A stretch of DNA of 64,000 nucleotides, from assembly GCF_009914755.1 (NCBI RefSeq), contig NC_060925.1. One strand, given 5' to 3'. The position numbers and the translations under genes were made by a program. Origin of the DNA: the human T2T-CHM13v2.0 reference genome, Homo sapiens. This document shows, piece by piece, positions 11,767 to 29,753 of the stretch (its first letter is position 1; each line of letters begins with the position of its first letter). A model generated the notes under the pieces. That model had not been told where the DNA came from. It was given only the letters and a program-made list of their open reading frames with translations, and ran no database searches.

Positions 11767-11885
11767 GACAAGAAAAATTCTTCAAGATTTTGCATTCTGT
11801 CCCACTACCCATTGGTTTTCATGTCAAGATAATGTCAGAAATTCTTTACAATTGCTTCCAGAAGGAGTAGCCTTTTGATCTAGTG

Positions 11886-12078
11886 CACAGGTGTCCAGTC
11901 TTTTGGCTTCTCAGGGCCACATTGGAAGAAGAATGCTCCTGGGCCGCACATAAAATACACTAATGCTAACAACAGCTGATGGGGTTAAAAAAAAAAAAGG
12001 TTTGTGCATAATTTTCATGCTACCCACCACCACAGATAGGTGGAAAAGTCCTTGTAGTCAAAGGGCTGGACACGGCTG
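11886..12078 (+). mobile_element. MER30-family hAT-Charlie MITE
   Basis: Begins cacaggtgtccagtcttttggcttctcagggccacattggaagaag and ends ggacacggctg. An exact 8-bp TSD atctagtg lies at 11878-11885 and 12079-12086. Confidence 0.85.
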
Positions 12079-12444
12079 ATCTAGTGTCTTGTCGTCCGTT
12101 TTGGCTTTCTCCCTGAATCCAGAATGCAGGTAGAGATGTAGAGACATGCTCTCAGGACAGCTGTTGAGATAAAAAAAATTCGTTGTCATTTATTCCCAAG
12201 CACAGCTGTTTCTCATTGCATTGAAAAAGTCTCCATTCAAACTGCTGTCACATATAAAATCTATTTATGTAAGTGTGTATTTTTCTGTTGTCTTGGCCTT
12301 TGTAGGCAGTAGTGTGTTTTAACCGAGCAAACTGTCCTTCCAAATAATGAAGCCGAAGTCAGCCTACCTACTTGCCATTTTTCTTCCCCTTCCATTTTTG
12401 TAACCTCGGAATAATTGTAAGAATGAATTAAGATTTGTGTTTAA

Positions 12445-12590
12445 GGCCAGGCACAGTGTCTCAGGCCTGCAATCTCAGCACTTTGGGAGGCGGAGATGGT
12501 TGTATCGCTTGAGCTCAGGAGTTGAAGACCAGCCTGGGCAACATACTGAGACTCCGTCTTGTATAATTTAATTAAAATTGAAAAAAAGAA
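12445..12590 (+). mobile_element. FLAM (free left Alu monomer)
   Basis: Single Alu left monomer followed by an A-rich tail. Confidence 0.8.
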
Positions 12591-13464
12591 GAGAAAAAGA
12601 CCTGTATTTAAAATTTTAAAAAGGGGGGGAAAGTGTAATGCAAAATGTGGACTATGCGAGCTATGACTGGGAAAACTAGTTTTTCATACAGCATTATCTG
12701 TAGACTTGTATTAGCAGCATACTGGTCATAAGCGTTTTGCTTTCCTGAAATATGATGAGGTAAGCTAATTTAAAGTGTGTTGGGGCTTTCTGCCGCGTGG
12801 CTCCTGGAGGTGTTGAGTCCCAATTTAGCCAATTAATTTGGGTTTAGTTTTGACGTGGATAAGGGAGACCAGCTTCATTCATGGTGTACACACAGTTTTG
12901 CCAATAAGGAAAAAAAAAAGCCACCTGAATGTTCCTACTCATTAGATGCTATCTGGAGAGCTCCTACCCCACCCCCACCAAGGCCCGGGCCATTAAAAAG
13001 ACTCAATGCAGCCTTTCTGTATCTCATACTGTATTCTGCAAGATACTCCTGTGAAAGAAAGTTGTGCTGCATCAGCCATCTCCCTCCTGAAGATCCCTGC
13101 GGATGAGGATTTGTGTTTTGAAAGTTCTGAGAATTCCTGCAACAACAATTCTCAAACTTATTTGTCCATGGGATCTTTTCTTCCACTGAATGTAGTTGGG
13201 GAGACACGGCCTTAAGCCTTGAGCAGAGAAAGAGACAAGAAACTGTCGGCTCACTTACAACCAAGTGTTGTGTTTATGTTTTAGGTTTTTATGAAACTGA
13301 GGTGCTGTTTGAGGTTCTAAATGAAATTGGGTGGTTGAAGAGAGGCTGGTATCCCTGTAGACTTAGCCAGCCATGAGAAGTTGCCTTTTGTTGAAGGAGG
13401 TGTTTTACAAAGGGAAATAGGGTGTCTCCTGGGCATCGCATTAGCAATTAAATACATGTATCAC

Positions 13465-14809
13465 TGAAATGAAAAGAAATGATGAAATGATGAAATGAAA
13501 TGATGAAATGAAACGAAATGATGAAATGAAGAAATGAAATAATGAGATGAAATGATGATGAAATGAAATGAAATGATGAAATGGAATGATGAAATGAAAT
13601 GATGAAGTGATGACATGAAATGGTGAAATGAAATGAAATGAAATAATGAAGTGAAATGAAATAATGAAGTGAAATGAAATGATGAAATGATGAAATGAAA
13701 AGATGAAATGATGAGGAAATGATATGAAATGATGAAATGATGAAATGAAGTGAATGATGAAATGATGAAAAAATGAAATTAAATGATGAATTGATGAAAT
13801 GAAACGATGAGATGAAAAGGTGAAATGAAACGAAATAATTAAATGAAATGAGATGAAAAGATGAAATGAAATTATGAGATGAAATGAAATGATGAGATGA
13901 AGTGAAATGATGAAATGAAATGATGAGATGAAATGAAATAATGCAATGAAAGATGATATGATGAGATGAAGTGAAATGATGAAATGGAATGATGAAATGA
14001 AATGATGAAATTGTGAAATGAAATGAGGAAATGAAATGGAATGATGAAATGATGAAGTGAAATGATGAAATGATGAAATGAAATGAAAAGATCAAATGGT
14101 GAAATGAAGAAATGATATGAAATGATGAAATGAAGTGAAATGATTAAATGATGAAATAATGAAATGAAATGATGAAATGATGAATTGATGAAATGATCAA
14201 ATGAAATGACGAGATGAAAAGATGAAATGAAATGACGAGATGAAAAGATGAAATGAAATGATGAAATGAAATGACGAGATGAAAAGATGAAATGAGATGA
14301 ATGATGAGATGAAATGAAATCATGAGATGATGAAATGATGAGATGAAGTGAAATGATGAAATGATGAGATGACGAAATGCAACAATGAGAAGAAATGATG
14401 AAATGAAATAATGAAAGGATGAGATGATGAGATGAAATGATGAAAGGATGAAATGAAATGATGAAATGAGGAAATGAAACGATGAAATGTAATGATGAAA
14501 TGATGGAATGAAAAGATGAAATGATGAAATGATATGAAATGATGACATGAAGTCAAATGATGAAATGATGAAATAAATGAAATGATGAAATGAAATGAGA
14601 TGAAATGAAATCATGAGATGAAATGATGAAATGAGATGAAGTGAAATGACGTAATGAAATATTGAGATGAAGTGATGAAATGAAATGAAACAATGAAATG
14701 AAGTGAAATGAAATGAGATCAAATGATGAATTGATGAAATGAAATGAGATGAAAAGATGAAATGAAATGAAATGATGAAATGAAATGATGAGATGAAAAG
14801 ATGAGATGA
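13465..14809. repeat. Simple satellite of GAAAT / GAT / GAGAT units (HSat3-like, divergent)
   Basis: About 1.35 kb of tgaaatgatgaaatgaaatgagatga-type sequence. The + strand is almost free of C, and canonical GGAAT occurs only a few times. Confidence 0.92.
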
Positions 14810-15045
14810 GGGGGGAGGAGCCAAGATGGCCGAATAGGAACAGCTCCGGTCTACAGCTCACAGCGTGAGCGACGCAGAAGACAGGTGATTTCTGCATTTC
14901 CATCTGAGGTACCGGGTTTATCTCACTAGGGAGTGCCAGACAGTGGGCGCAGGCCAGTGGGTGAGCGCACCTTGCACCAGCCGAAGCAGGGCGAGGCATT
15001 GCCTCACTTTGGAAGCGCAAGGGGTCAGGGAGTTCCCTTTCCGAG

Positions 15046-15261
15046 TCAAAGAAAGGGGTGACGGACGCACCTGGAAAATCGGGTCACTCCCACCTGAATA
15101 TTGCGCTTTTCAGACCGGCTTAAAAAATGGTGAACCACGAGATTATATCCCACACCTGGCTCGGGGGGTCCTACGCCCACGGAATCTCGCTGACTGCTAG
15201 CACAGCAGTCTGAGATCAAACTGCAAGGCGGCAGCGAGGCTGGGGGAGGGGCGCCCGCCAT
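15046..15261 (-). CDS. L1 ORF0 (antisense 71-aa ORF in the 5' UTR), intact
   Basis: MAGAPPPASLPPCSLISDCCASSQRDSVGVGPPEPGVGYNLVVHHFLSRSEKRNIQVGVTRFSRCVRHPFL has the length and sequence of primate L1 ORF0. Expression is not shown. Confidence 0.8.
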   Translation of the reverse strand: MAGAPPPASLPPCSLISDCCASSQRDSVGVGPPEPGVGYNLVVHHFLSRSEKRNIQVGVTRFSRCVRHPFL

Positions 15262-15716
15262 TGCCCAGGCTTGCTTAGGTAAACAAAGCAGCCAGGAAGC
15301 TCAAACTGGGTGGAGCCCACCACAGCTCAAGGAGGCCTGACTGCCTCTGTAGGCTCCACCTCTGGGGGCAGGGCACAGACAAACAAAAAGACAGCAGTAA
15401 CCTCTGCAGACTTAAGTGTCCCTGTCTGACAGCTTTGAAGAGAGCAGTGGTTCTCCCAGCACGCAGCTGGAAATCTGAGAACCGGCAGACTGCCTCCTCA
15501 AGTGGGTCCCTGATCCCTGACCCCCGAGCAGCCTAACTGGGAGGCACCCCCCAGCAGGGGCACACTGACACCTCACATGGCAGGGTATTCCAACAGACCT
15601 GCAGCTGAGGGTCCTGTCTGTTAGAAGGAAAACTAACAAACAGAAAGGACATCCACACCGAAAACACACCTGTACATCACCATCATCAAAGACCAAAAGT
15701 AGATAAAACCACAAAG

Positions 15717-16733
15717 ATGGGGAAAAAACAGAACAGAAAAACTGGAAACTCTAAAACGCAGAGCGCCTCTCCTCCTCCAAAGGAACGCAGTTCCTCACCA
15801 GCAACGGAACAAAGCTGGATGGAGAATGACTTTGACGAGCTGAGAGAAGAAGGCTTCAGACGATCAAATTACTCTGAGCTACCGGAGGACATTCAAACCA
15901 AAGGCAAAGAAGTTGAAAACTTTGAAAAAAGTTTAGAAGAATGTATAACTAGAATAACCAATACAGAGAAGTGCTTAAAGGAGCTGATGGAGCTGAAAAC
16001 CAAGGCTCGAGAACTACGTGAAGAATGCAGAAGCCTCAGGAGCCGATGCGATCAACTGGAAGAAAGGGTATCAGCGATGGAAGATGAAATGAATGAAATG
16101 AAGCAAGAAGGGAAGGTTAGAGAAAAAAGAATAAAAAGAAATGAGCAAAGCCTCCAAGAAATATGGGACTATGTGAAAAGACCAAATCTACGTCTGATTG
16201 GTGTACCTGAAAGTGATGGGGAGAATGGAACCAAGTTGGAAAACACTCTGCAGGATATTATCCAGGAGAACTTCCCCAATCTAACAAGGCAGGCCAACGT
16301 TCAGATTCAGGAAATACAGAGAACGCCACAAAGATACTCCTGAAGAAGAGCAACTCGAAGACACATAATTGTCAGATTCACCAAAGTTGAAATGAAGGAA
16401 AAAATGTTAAGGGCAGCCAGAGAGAAAGGTCGGGTTACCCTCAAAGGGAAGCCCATCAGACTAACAGCGGATCTCTCGGCAGAAACCCTACAAGCCAGAA
16501 GAGAGTGGGGGCCAATATTCAACATTCTTAAAGAAAAGAATTTTCAACCCAGAATTTCATATCCAGCCAAACTAAGCTTCATAAGTGAAGGAGAAATAAA
16601 ATACTTCACAGACAAGCAAATGGTGAGAGATTTTGTCACCACCAGGCCTGCCCTAAAAGAGCTCCTGAAGGAAGCGCTAAACATGGAAAGGAACAACCAG
16701 TACCAGCCGCTGCAAAATCATGCCAAAATGTAA
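15717..16733 (+). pseudogene. L1 ORF1p, disrupted
   Basis: Runs MGKKQNRKTGNSK to ...QNHAKM* with a premature in-frame TGA at 16341-16343. Confidence 0.95.
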
Positions 16734-16781
16734 AGACCGTCGAGACTAGGAAGAAACTGCATCAACAAACGAGCAAAATAA

Positions 16782-20614
<3,833 letters not shown>

Positions 20615-21004
20615 ACAATGAGAACACATGGACACAGGAAGGGGAACATCACACTCTGGGGACTGTTGTGGGGTGGGGGTAAGGGGGAGGGATAGCATTG
20701 GGAGATATACCTAATGCTAGATGACGAGTTAGTGGGTGCAGCGCACCAGCATGGCACATGTGTACATATGTAACTAACTTGCACATTGTGCACATGTACC
20801 CTAAAACTTAAAGTATAATAATAATAAATAAAAAAAGAAGAAATTTTAAAAATTTAAAAAAATAAAAATAAAAAAAAAATAAAATTAAATTAAAAAAAAA
20901 AAAAGAAGTTGCCCCAAGAAATATATTTTGGTTTTCAGCTGGATGAGAATTTGGTTGTTAGAGTCATACCATGGAATTTTCATTTACATTAATGTTCCTT
21001 TTAT

Positions 21005-21190
21005 TTTATTTTTTTAAGTAGTAGTTTCATTGAGATAACATCCACATTAAACGATTCACTCATTTAAAGTTTTGATTCAGTGATTTTTTATTGTGTTCCC
21101 AAAGTTGTACAACCATCACCACAATCAAATTTAGAACATTTTTAAAAGAAAAAAAAATCCCATGCCCATTAGCAGTTACACTCCTTTGTT
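21005..21190 (-). mobile_element. Old L1M 3'-end fragment
   Basis: aaagttgtacaaccatcaccacaatcaaatttagaacatttt is typical of an L1MA/MB 3' UTR in antisense. Confidence 0.7.
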
Positions 21191-22189
21191 TCATTTTGCC
21201 TGTAAAAGTGAGAAAAGTGTCATTCTCTTACTTAGACTGCTCTTGGAATAAATAAATGTTGAATGAATGGGTGGTGACAGGAGGTAAGTATATAATGCAA
21301 ATAAGTTTGAGATCAATACACAAATATTTCAACAAAATGGATACAATGAAATTCATTGAGTTCTGTTTCAATTCGTAGAGTAACAAATTCTATGGAAAGG
21401 GAACATAGTATTTCTTTTGACAAATAATACTATTATCATATTATCTGTTATTCTTTTTGGCAATTGTCACAAACATTCATAACTCTTGACTTATGGTAAT
21501 GGTAATTACAGAAGTAATGGTCTTCTGGGAGTACATCCTTAAGAGATACTTAAAATTTGCAAAAAGATTTTTGCAAGAGTTAGGCTTATGTTTAGGACAT
21601 AAAAAGATGTGAAAGATCTTCCTTCACTCCCACTGAAACAATGTTACCCAATAAACCAAACATTTCGCACTTTTGTTTAAAACCACCATTTTGTAAAAAT
21701 TCTGTTCCACAGGTACAAATAAATCTAAAAGAACTAAATTACTTTAGAGAGACAAAATCTTTGCAGGTGAGCAATAGATGGAGAACATTTCACCTGGTGC
21801 AGTTGCTGAGGCTAGGTCAGCGTAGGTCAAAAAGCAATCTTCCAAACCAAAGATAATCTTTGGTTTGAGGAAGAGAAACCTGCTTTGAACCTCTGAGCTG
21901 GTATGAAGGCTTTACATCTAAGGAAGCTTCAGTGCAAAAAAATGCACTTCCCCAAATAATCCTCTTACATGAGTATTTTACTGAGTAATCAAATATTGGG
22001 GTCAGGCCTGTAAAGGGAAGGATTTTATATTACCTTGTGATTTCATATTTAAAAGTCTCTTATTTTCATTGTTTTCTGAACTCAGAAATCTTGGGGTTGG
22101 TCTTCAAGACACAAAGTTGCATGGTCTCACTGTGCTGCAGTCCTGCAAAAGAGTGACATGACATGGGACAACTGAAACTGTCATATATT

Positions 22190-22810
22190 GCTTTTGAAAA
22201 CGTAAAACGCTACAAGTACTTTGGAAAATGGCTTAGCAGTTTGTTATAAAATTAAGCATACACCTGCTCTAGAACCCAGCAATTCCACTCTTATTTGCCC
22301 AAGAGAAATGAAAATCTATGTCTGTAAAAAGACTTGTGGAAGAATGCTGCTTTATTCTTCTCCAGTGTCCCCGAAGTGAAAAGAACCCAAATGTCCTTTA
22401 ACACATGAATAGGTAAACAAATTCATCAGTGGAATACTACTCAGCAATAAAGAAAAACTACTGATACATATGACAACATGGACAAATCTCAAAAAATATG
22501 TTGAGCCAAAGAAGACAGACATGAAAACTCATACTGTATGATTAATTTATATTTCATTTTAGAACAGGACAAACTCATATGTGGTGATGGAACATTGACA
22601 AGTGGTTGCCTTGGGATGGAGAGTGGGGAGGAGAGTGGGGTTAACTGCAAAGGTGCTCAAGAGAATTTTCCAAGGTGATGAAACTTTTCTATCTGCATAT
22701 TGGTGACTATATGGAAGTGTGCATTTGTCAAAACTTATTGACTCATACAATTAAAATTGGTATACTTTATCATATATAAATTAATCTCAATAAAATTAAC
22801 TTTTAAAAAG
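22190..22810 (+). mobile_element. Old L1MC/ME 3'-end fragment
   Basis: cccagcaattccactc...ggaatactactcagcaataaag...caataaa, a degenerate ORF2 end and 3' UTR. Confidence 0.75.
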
Positions 22811-23409
22811 TTACTTATGAATTCAAATAAGTCTTCTAAACAGTAATTTGCTGAAAACTATTAATTTCTGTGTTCCTTAATACAGAAAAACAACCCAATA
22901 AAGAAACTGGAACAAGCTATATAAATACTAGCAGCTGGGCAATGGCATAGCCAAATTATGATACCTTAGTGTTCAATAACATTATTCAGGGAAGTTGAAT
23001 TATTGATTATTAACACCATGTAGTAATATGGCAAATGTTTAGGATATCCACATAAGCATTTAACTAGACTAAAAACTAGAATTTTATTGATTTCTGACAT
23101 TGAGATTAATGGGACTCATAAATTTAAACTCTACAACCATGGGAAAAAATCAGTCATTAGTTTTAGTTGATTCTCTACTTACTGATAATGTATAAACAAA
23201 ATAACAATAATAACTAGAAATTATAATGTCAGCAAAACTAAGATAGGAGAATAGATCAAGCACGTTTGGCTTAAGTGATTACATTTGTAAAAGTTAATTG
23301 TCATTCTTTTTCAGTAAGAGTAATAAAAGCCTTGTGGAAATTTGGCCTGTTAAAAATTCTCATTTCTAGCCTTACTGTAAATATTAATATTTGTTAAATA
23401 TTTTTCTAG

Positions 23410-23678
<269 letters not shown>

Positions 23679-25229
23679 TAAGTAAATCAAATAGCATAAT
23701 GTTTATATATTTGTGTTTTTTGTATAAATGATAGTATTAAAATTTAACAAGCTCTTCAGACTGTATATTTTATTAATATATTAGTTTGTGTTTATTTCCA
23801 AGTTTAGCAATAGCCAATACTTGTGAAGAAATATCTTAATATACTACCATTTCTGATGAAGTTCTAATATTAAAATTAAACATTAGTGAGAACAAAACAG
23901 AATCCTGTAACTTGGAACAAATTCATTTCTCACTTATAGACTATTTCTAGGTAGAAAATTCCAAAACCCCCAAAACATTTAAGAGAAAAATACAGAAAAT
24001 ACATGTCAGGTTGCTAGAAACCATTAACTTATTATCATAAGACCTCCGCTTCTTTGTATAAAACTATAAAAGATAGACTTGCATTTCATTCCTATTTGGT
24101 ACGGAATAAAATATTATGAAAAACGCAGTGATATTTTAGCATGCAAAAATACTCAGTAGCAATTCATGTGTTCAATATTCTTATTACCCTCAGAAAATTA
24201 ACCAGTACTGATTTCAGTTGTGTTTGTACCTGTAAACCATGCTGAACAATGACTCCATGCTGTGCTTGTAAAGCAGCCATAAGTGAGACAGGATAATATA
24301 TGTGAGTTTGATTTACATTTTGGTATTCAAGGGCACAAGATAAAGAATAACTGAGATTTGAGCTATTGTGGGAAGTCTCCAGAGTGGTCAGCGATCAAAT
24401 AAAGTGAGCCTCGGGATTTTTTTTTATGCATGGTGAAGGGTGCAGCTGAATTGTGTCACTGCAGCAGCATTTAATAAGTAAAGGTAAAGTCATTTGGTAA
24501 AGTACTGTATTAGATGTCAGATCAAATCTAAGATAGCCACTACCATAATGAGAGAGAGAGAAAGGTAATTTTTTTTTTTTTTTGCTCAAACTAGAGCTTT
24601 CTTAAATCTAAGGTTGCTTTCTCAATGTAGCCATTTAGAAAGCCATCTAGAATGTTTACGGTTTAAAAAAACAGACAATTGACAGTTTTTTATTCCTTCC
24701 AATGCATTGTCTACAGAACTCACTCTCACTATAAGTCATGACAGACGAGATTGAGCATGTTTGGGGTGGTGTGGCCATAGACTAGAAGTTCTGACAGTGT
24801 CCCACATAACAAATGTCTCCACAACTGAAGAATCACGATTAACTGAATTACTTGAACATCTATTCTTACTTACAAGATTCCCAGGTACAATCTTCTATTT
24901 TGCTTTGGGAAAATAAGTGTTTTCCATGAGTATGTTCAATTGGCAAGTGAAAGAAAGTGATCAGTAATAACATACATATAGAAAACTAGATACTTTTCTT
25001 TGACATGGCAGAATTTCATAAGGAGCTGAGGTTTTAGGATTAAGCTTTCAAAGTAAGTCTATTTTTGTTGTTAAATATGACTGTTAATACATTGTATGTG
25101 GTTTACAGAAATGCAAATGGATCTATTAAACATGATGGGTTTCTCTGCAATGGAGAAGTCTCTACAGACAACATAACAGTCAGAGTTTCACATTAAAGTC
25201 AAGACCCAGGCATGACTATTTATATATTT

Positions 25230-26480
25230 AGCAAATAGTGAGTAACTGCTGGAATTGTTAGTAGGGCCATGGAGAATAAAATCAGTCATGTTTCCTACTT
25301 TCATTGAACTCATAGTCTAATGGGAGAAGACAAATGTTAATAAAATAATTATAAAAATTATGTAATTAACAATCTTGAGATAATGGAAGGGTGAGCCTTT
25401 TAAGAATATGAGAGTAGATGTGAATGAGCAGGTTTGAGTTTTCTGAGGGATTAATAGTATGAACTGAGGTTTGAAGAATGAGTAGGAAAACCTAGGCAAG
25501 GAGAGGTCTCCTAAGGTGAGATAAATGCCAGTGCCCAGGACCTGGGGCAACAGAACATAAAGTATTCAAGAAACTGAAAGTCCAGAGAGACTGGAGCTCC
25601 ATGTGAAGGGTTGAGTGAAACCTGATGATTAACCAAGCAGGGAGAAGAGCTTGCAGGGTCTGGTAGCCCACATCAAGCAATTTTATCCTAAAATGCATGG
25701 GGAAATATTAAAGGGTTTTAAGCAGGAGAAGAGCATGGTCATATGCTGAAAAGATTTTTGTATCAGAATAGAGGAGTTGTCAGCTGTCAGTGTGTCAGGG
25801 CGGAAAATAGTAATAAGTTGGTGCGAAAGTGATTGCCGTTTTTGCCATACATACTATTAATGGCAAAAACTGCAGTTACTTTTACTCACTATATTACTTT
25901 GACTAGGGTGATGGCATTGGAAATGGAGAGAGATAAATGGATTTGGAATACGTTTAGGAGGTATAGTTAATAGAGTTAGGGAAAGGATTGGGTACGACAG
26001 CTGAAAGAAAGTACAAGGGGTGGGTGAAAAGTGACTCTTAGGTTCCTGGCTTGTGAAATTGGAGGGATGGTGGTGCCAATTACTAAGCTAGTGAATCCTG
26101 AAAGAGGACAAGATGGTAAGTTTAGCTTTTGCTTTTTGTCGTTTATTTATTTAGAGTTAAATGATGACTTTGGGGCAGGTTAAATGGAAGACATATAGAA
26201 GAAAAAAAGGATATCTTAATTTAAAGCAAAAAGATATCTATCCTGAAGGTGTAAATTTGAGAGTCAATACATAAGGATAGTAATTGAAGCCTTTGGCCTT
26301 AATGAATTGCTGAGAGAAAGCATATAGAGACGAAGGAAATACCTGCTCTTGAAGTATTTAATATGTAGGTATAAGAGGATACATTTGAGAAAGAAATTGA
26401 GTAGTTACAGCCAGAATACAAGAAGAAGACAAAGAATGAACAGAAAACAATGAAGCCGGGGGAAGAAAGGAGCAGTCCAC
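25230..26480. mobile_element. L2 remnants
   Basis: Degenerate purine-rich L2-like text (agggttttaagcaggag..., aggttcctggcttgtgaaattggagggatggtggtgcca). Boundaries are approximate. Confidence 0.55.
25813..25893. mobile_element. MADE1 (Hsmar1 MITE)
   Basis: About 80-bp imperfect palindrome taagttggtgcgaaagtgattgccgtttttgccat...atggcaaaaactgcagttactttt. Confidence 0.85.
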
Positions 26481-26499
26481 AGGTACAAAAGTTACAAGG

Positions 26500-26802
<303 letters not shown>

Positions 26803-28309
26803 TTAATTAAAATGAGGTTGAAAAATTTGTTGGGTTACAAACTTAACAGGGGAGAGAATGGGGATAGAGAAGGAAATGGGTGGGGATGAAATGGAGACTC
26901 AATATTGGCCACTGGTTCAAGAAATTTGGCTGTGAAGAGGTAGGGGTAGAAGAATTTAAGGGGTGAGGTTTTCTGTTTTGGGTTTTTATTTTTTGTAGTT
27001 TTTGTTTGTGTTTGTTTTATTCTGCTTGAAATGAAATATTGAGAAGCCATGGGAATATTTAAAAGCTGATGTGGTTGGGGCAAGGAATAAGGGTAATTGA
27101 TAATGTCAGGCTTCTGAGAAGACGAAAGAGAAGCTGATTTGAAGTACCAGTGAAGACACTGACCTTCCACAGGAAGAGGCTTAGTTTCTTTATTTTACTT
27201 TGAAGAAGGAGAAGAGGACTGTAGAAGGAGACAAGATTACTGGATTTATTTGTGGGAAATCGAGGTAACTCCTATCTAATGGGTTTTTCTTTCTTTTGAA
27301 TGAGGGAGAGGCCATAACTAGATGTTTGATATTAGACATAGTTTCCTACCTTTAAAATGGAATGTTTTGAGAATTAGTTGCGCAATGAATGTGAAAGCAC
27401 TGCAATAACAGTTGTTGTTTACAGCACTTATTTCCGTTGTGGAAGTGCATCTTTAAATTTAGAGATTCTTACATTCTTTTTAACAGACTTTCTTTTGACA
27501 TTATAGTCTTGTTTCCAAATCCTTTAGAGATGGAAGCAATATTATCTAAAGATATTGTGAGAAAAATAAGTATATGTAAAATATTCTATTTGTTGAAAAT
27601 TACCACATAAATTTTATATATTATTTTACTTTTATAAAGGGATTGAAATCCTCATTCATAAGCATTAAATCAATCCCTTATGGCAGTTTATTTTTGTGTG
27701 GAAAGTTAATGGTGTCATGTAAAGTGCTTAAGAGAACTCCAGTACAATAATTCCAAGTTCTATAAAATATCCATCACATTTACATGAAAACACCACAAGA
27801 TGACCAGGGTCTTTATTCTGATGTTCTTCTACTTCAGATCATTTTATCTCCTTAGGACCAATATGTTCATTTTGTTTTGTTTTGTTTGCCTTCTCTTGGA
27901 GACCAAGTTTGGTCAATTCTAACATGTGAGATGAAAAAGAAAATAGAACAAGAGAAGTGGCTCACTCCTGGCCAAATTATTTTAAAAATTGTATTCATAT
28001 ATACCTGGGAAGATTTTTATAATTAATGTTTTAGAGCCACCCTTAAAATAGTGTTGTAATTCCTTTCACAAAATATTTTTAGGGGCTACCGTTTCTGTAT
28101 AAATTTAGCAATGCCGCTCATTGCTATAATTATAGCAGCCTACTTCTATTATAATTTTATTATTTATATTATTGTTTCAAAAGGCACTACCAACAATTAA
28201 ACACTTTATTCAGAAATATCATAATTAAAACAAGATTATAGAGTACTTCAGTCTTTGGGATGATCAGAATTTAGTGCAGTGTACTGAGAACTATTTATAA
28301 AGCCTACTG

Positions 28310-28775
28310 TAGCCGACTCTGCGCTTTGCCCATGTCACCTAAGCTCTTAGTATTGCAGTCCACACCAGTAGACTTCCAAGGACAGCATTTATGTGTCTTT
28401 GTCTGAGTGTTTTCTCTGGCAGCCTGAGGCCACTCTGCTGTTGCCAGCAGCAGGCTGGAAGTATGAGGAAATTTTCACCCTTCAGGAGCAGCACTCAACA
28501 GGATTTAAAAATACCCAGCTCCCTTGCCCTGCAGTCAGGACAAGGCTGAGGTATATTTTCTACTTGGCTCCCAAAACCCCAAGTGGTAACTTGCTTAATG
28601 ATACACTCTTGTCATTGAGTTAAGTTGTTGCTGTTGTGTTATTAAAGTTGTCTCCATTTCCTGTTTCACTTTCTCACTCTGCTATTAGTGTTTCCTGGAG
28701 TCATCTCCCATGGAACTATTTTCTCTTGAATTCCTTTTTCAGGATTTGCTTGTCAGGGAATTCAAAGTAAGCCAC
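28310..28775 (+). mobile_element. LTR16-like ERVL solo LTR
   Basis: The 3' end tcaggatttgcttgtcagggaattcaaagtaagcca and internal motifs resemble the LTR16 family. Confidence 0.6.
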
Positions 28776-29513
28776 TTATCACATTTTCTCATCTGTAATT
28801 TCTAATATTACTTTAAAATTCTAAGTACGGTGGAGAAGAAGGAGCATAGAAAGGGCACATGATGCCAGCATTTTCAGAAAAATTAATCTCATGTCCATTG
28901 TGACCAGATACAACTCTTGGAAATATCTGAAATCATGTATATAAATTATGGAACAATGAAAGTTATTTTTATTTGTGATTATAGTTCATTTTCACCAGTA
29001 TATAAAAAGAAAAATCTCTACCATACAATGTATCTATTCATTCAGTCAAAAATATTTCTTGAGCACTTACTATATCCTAAGTACAGTGCTAGGTTGTGAG
29101 GGTAAAATGGTGAATAATACTGATATCATGCCTATACTCATGAATCTTACAGTGTGATGTGTAACTGGTAATTAATCTGTCCTCACTCAAGTTAAGCTAT
29201 GGTAAATGGTATGACAGAAAATATGGGGACCTCATTGAGTATGTGACAGAAGGAATTGATTTAATCTGGGTGTCCAGAGTATCCTTCCCTAAGGGAGTGA
29301 AGTTTGGGCTAACAGGTGAATAAGGAGTTAGCTAGAAAGGGGGTGGAGACACATCTGCAAAGAGCAGAGAATTCCAAGATGCTGAAGCCCAAGTTATCCT
29401 GGAACTTTAGAAGAACTGGAAGATGGTCACTGTGGCTGGCATAAGGGGACAAGAGAGAACAATGCACCTGGAGCTTTCTTGCAGGCTCCGTTAAGATAAT
29501 GATAAGAAATTTG

Positions 29514-29753
29514 TGCTGTGCACTGTGGCTCACACCTATAATCCTAGTACTTTGGGAGGCCAATATGGGCAGATTGCTTGAGCTCAGGGGTTCAAGACCA
29601 GCCTGGCCAATATGGCAAAACCCCATCTCCACAAAAAATACAATAATTAGCTGGGCGTGGTGCTGCGTGCCTGTGGTTCCTGCTAATTGGAGGGTGAGGT
29701 AGGAGGATTGCTTGAGCCCAGGGGGCAGACGCTGCAGTGAGCTGAGATCCTGC
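29514..29753 (+). mobile_element. AluJ, 3'-truncated, within L2 remnants
   Basis: Diverged dimer ending at gagatcctgcc without a tail. Confidence 0.85.

Noticed and set aside
13448-15020. 215-aa and 226-aa His/Phe/Ile/Ser-rich minus-strand ORFs
   Set aside because: These are translations of the satellite (TTTCATCA units rarely form stops).
21700-21775. Possible mini-exon (ctgttccacag|...ttgcag|gtgagc)
   Set aside because: Splice-like motifs alone are common, and there is no coding or transcript support.
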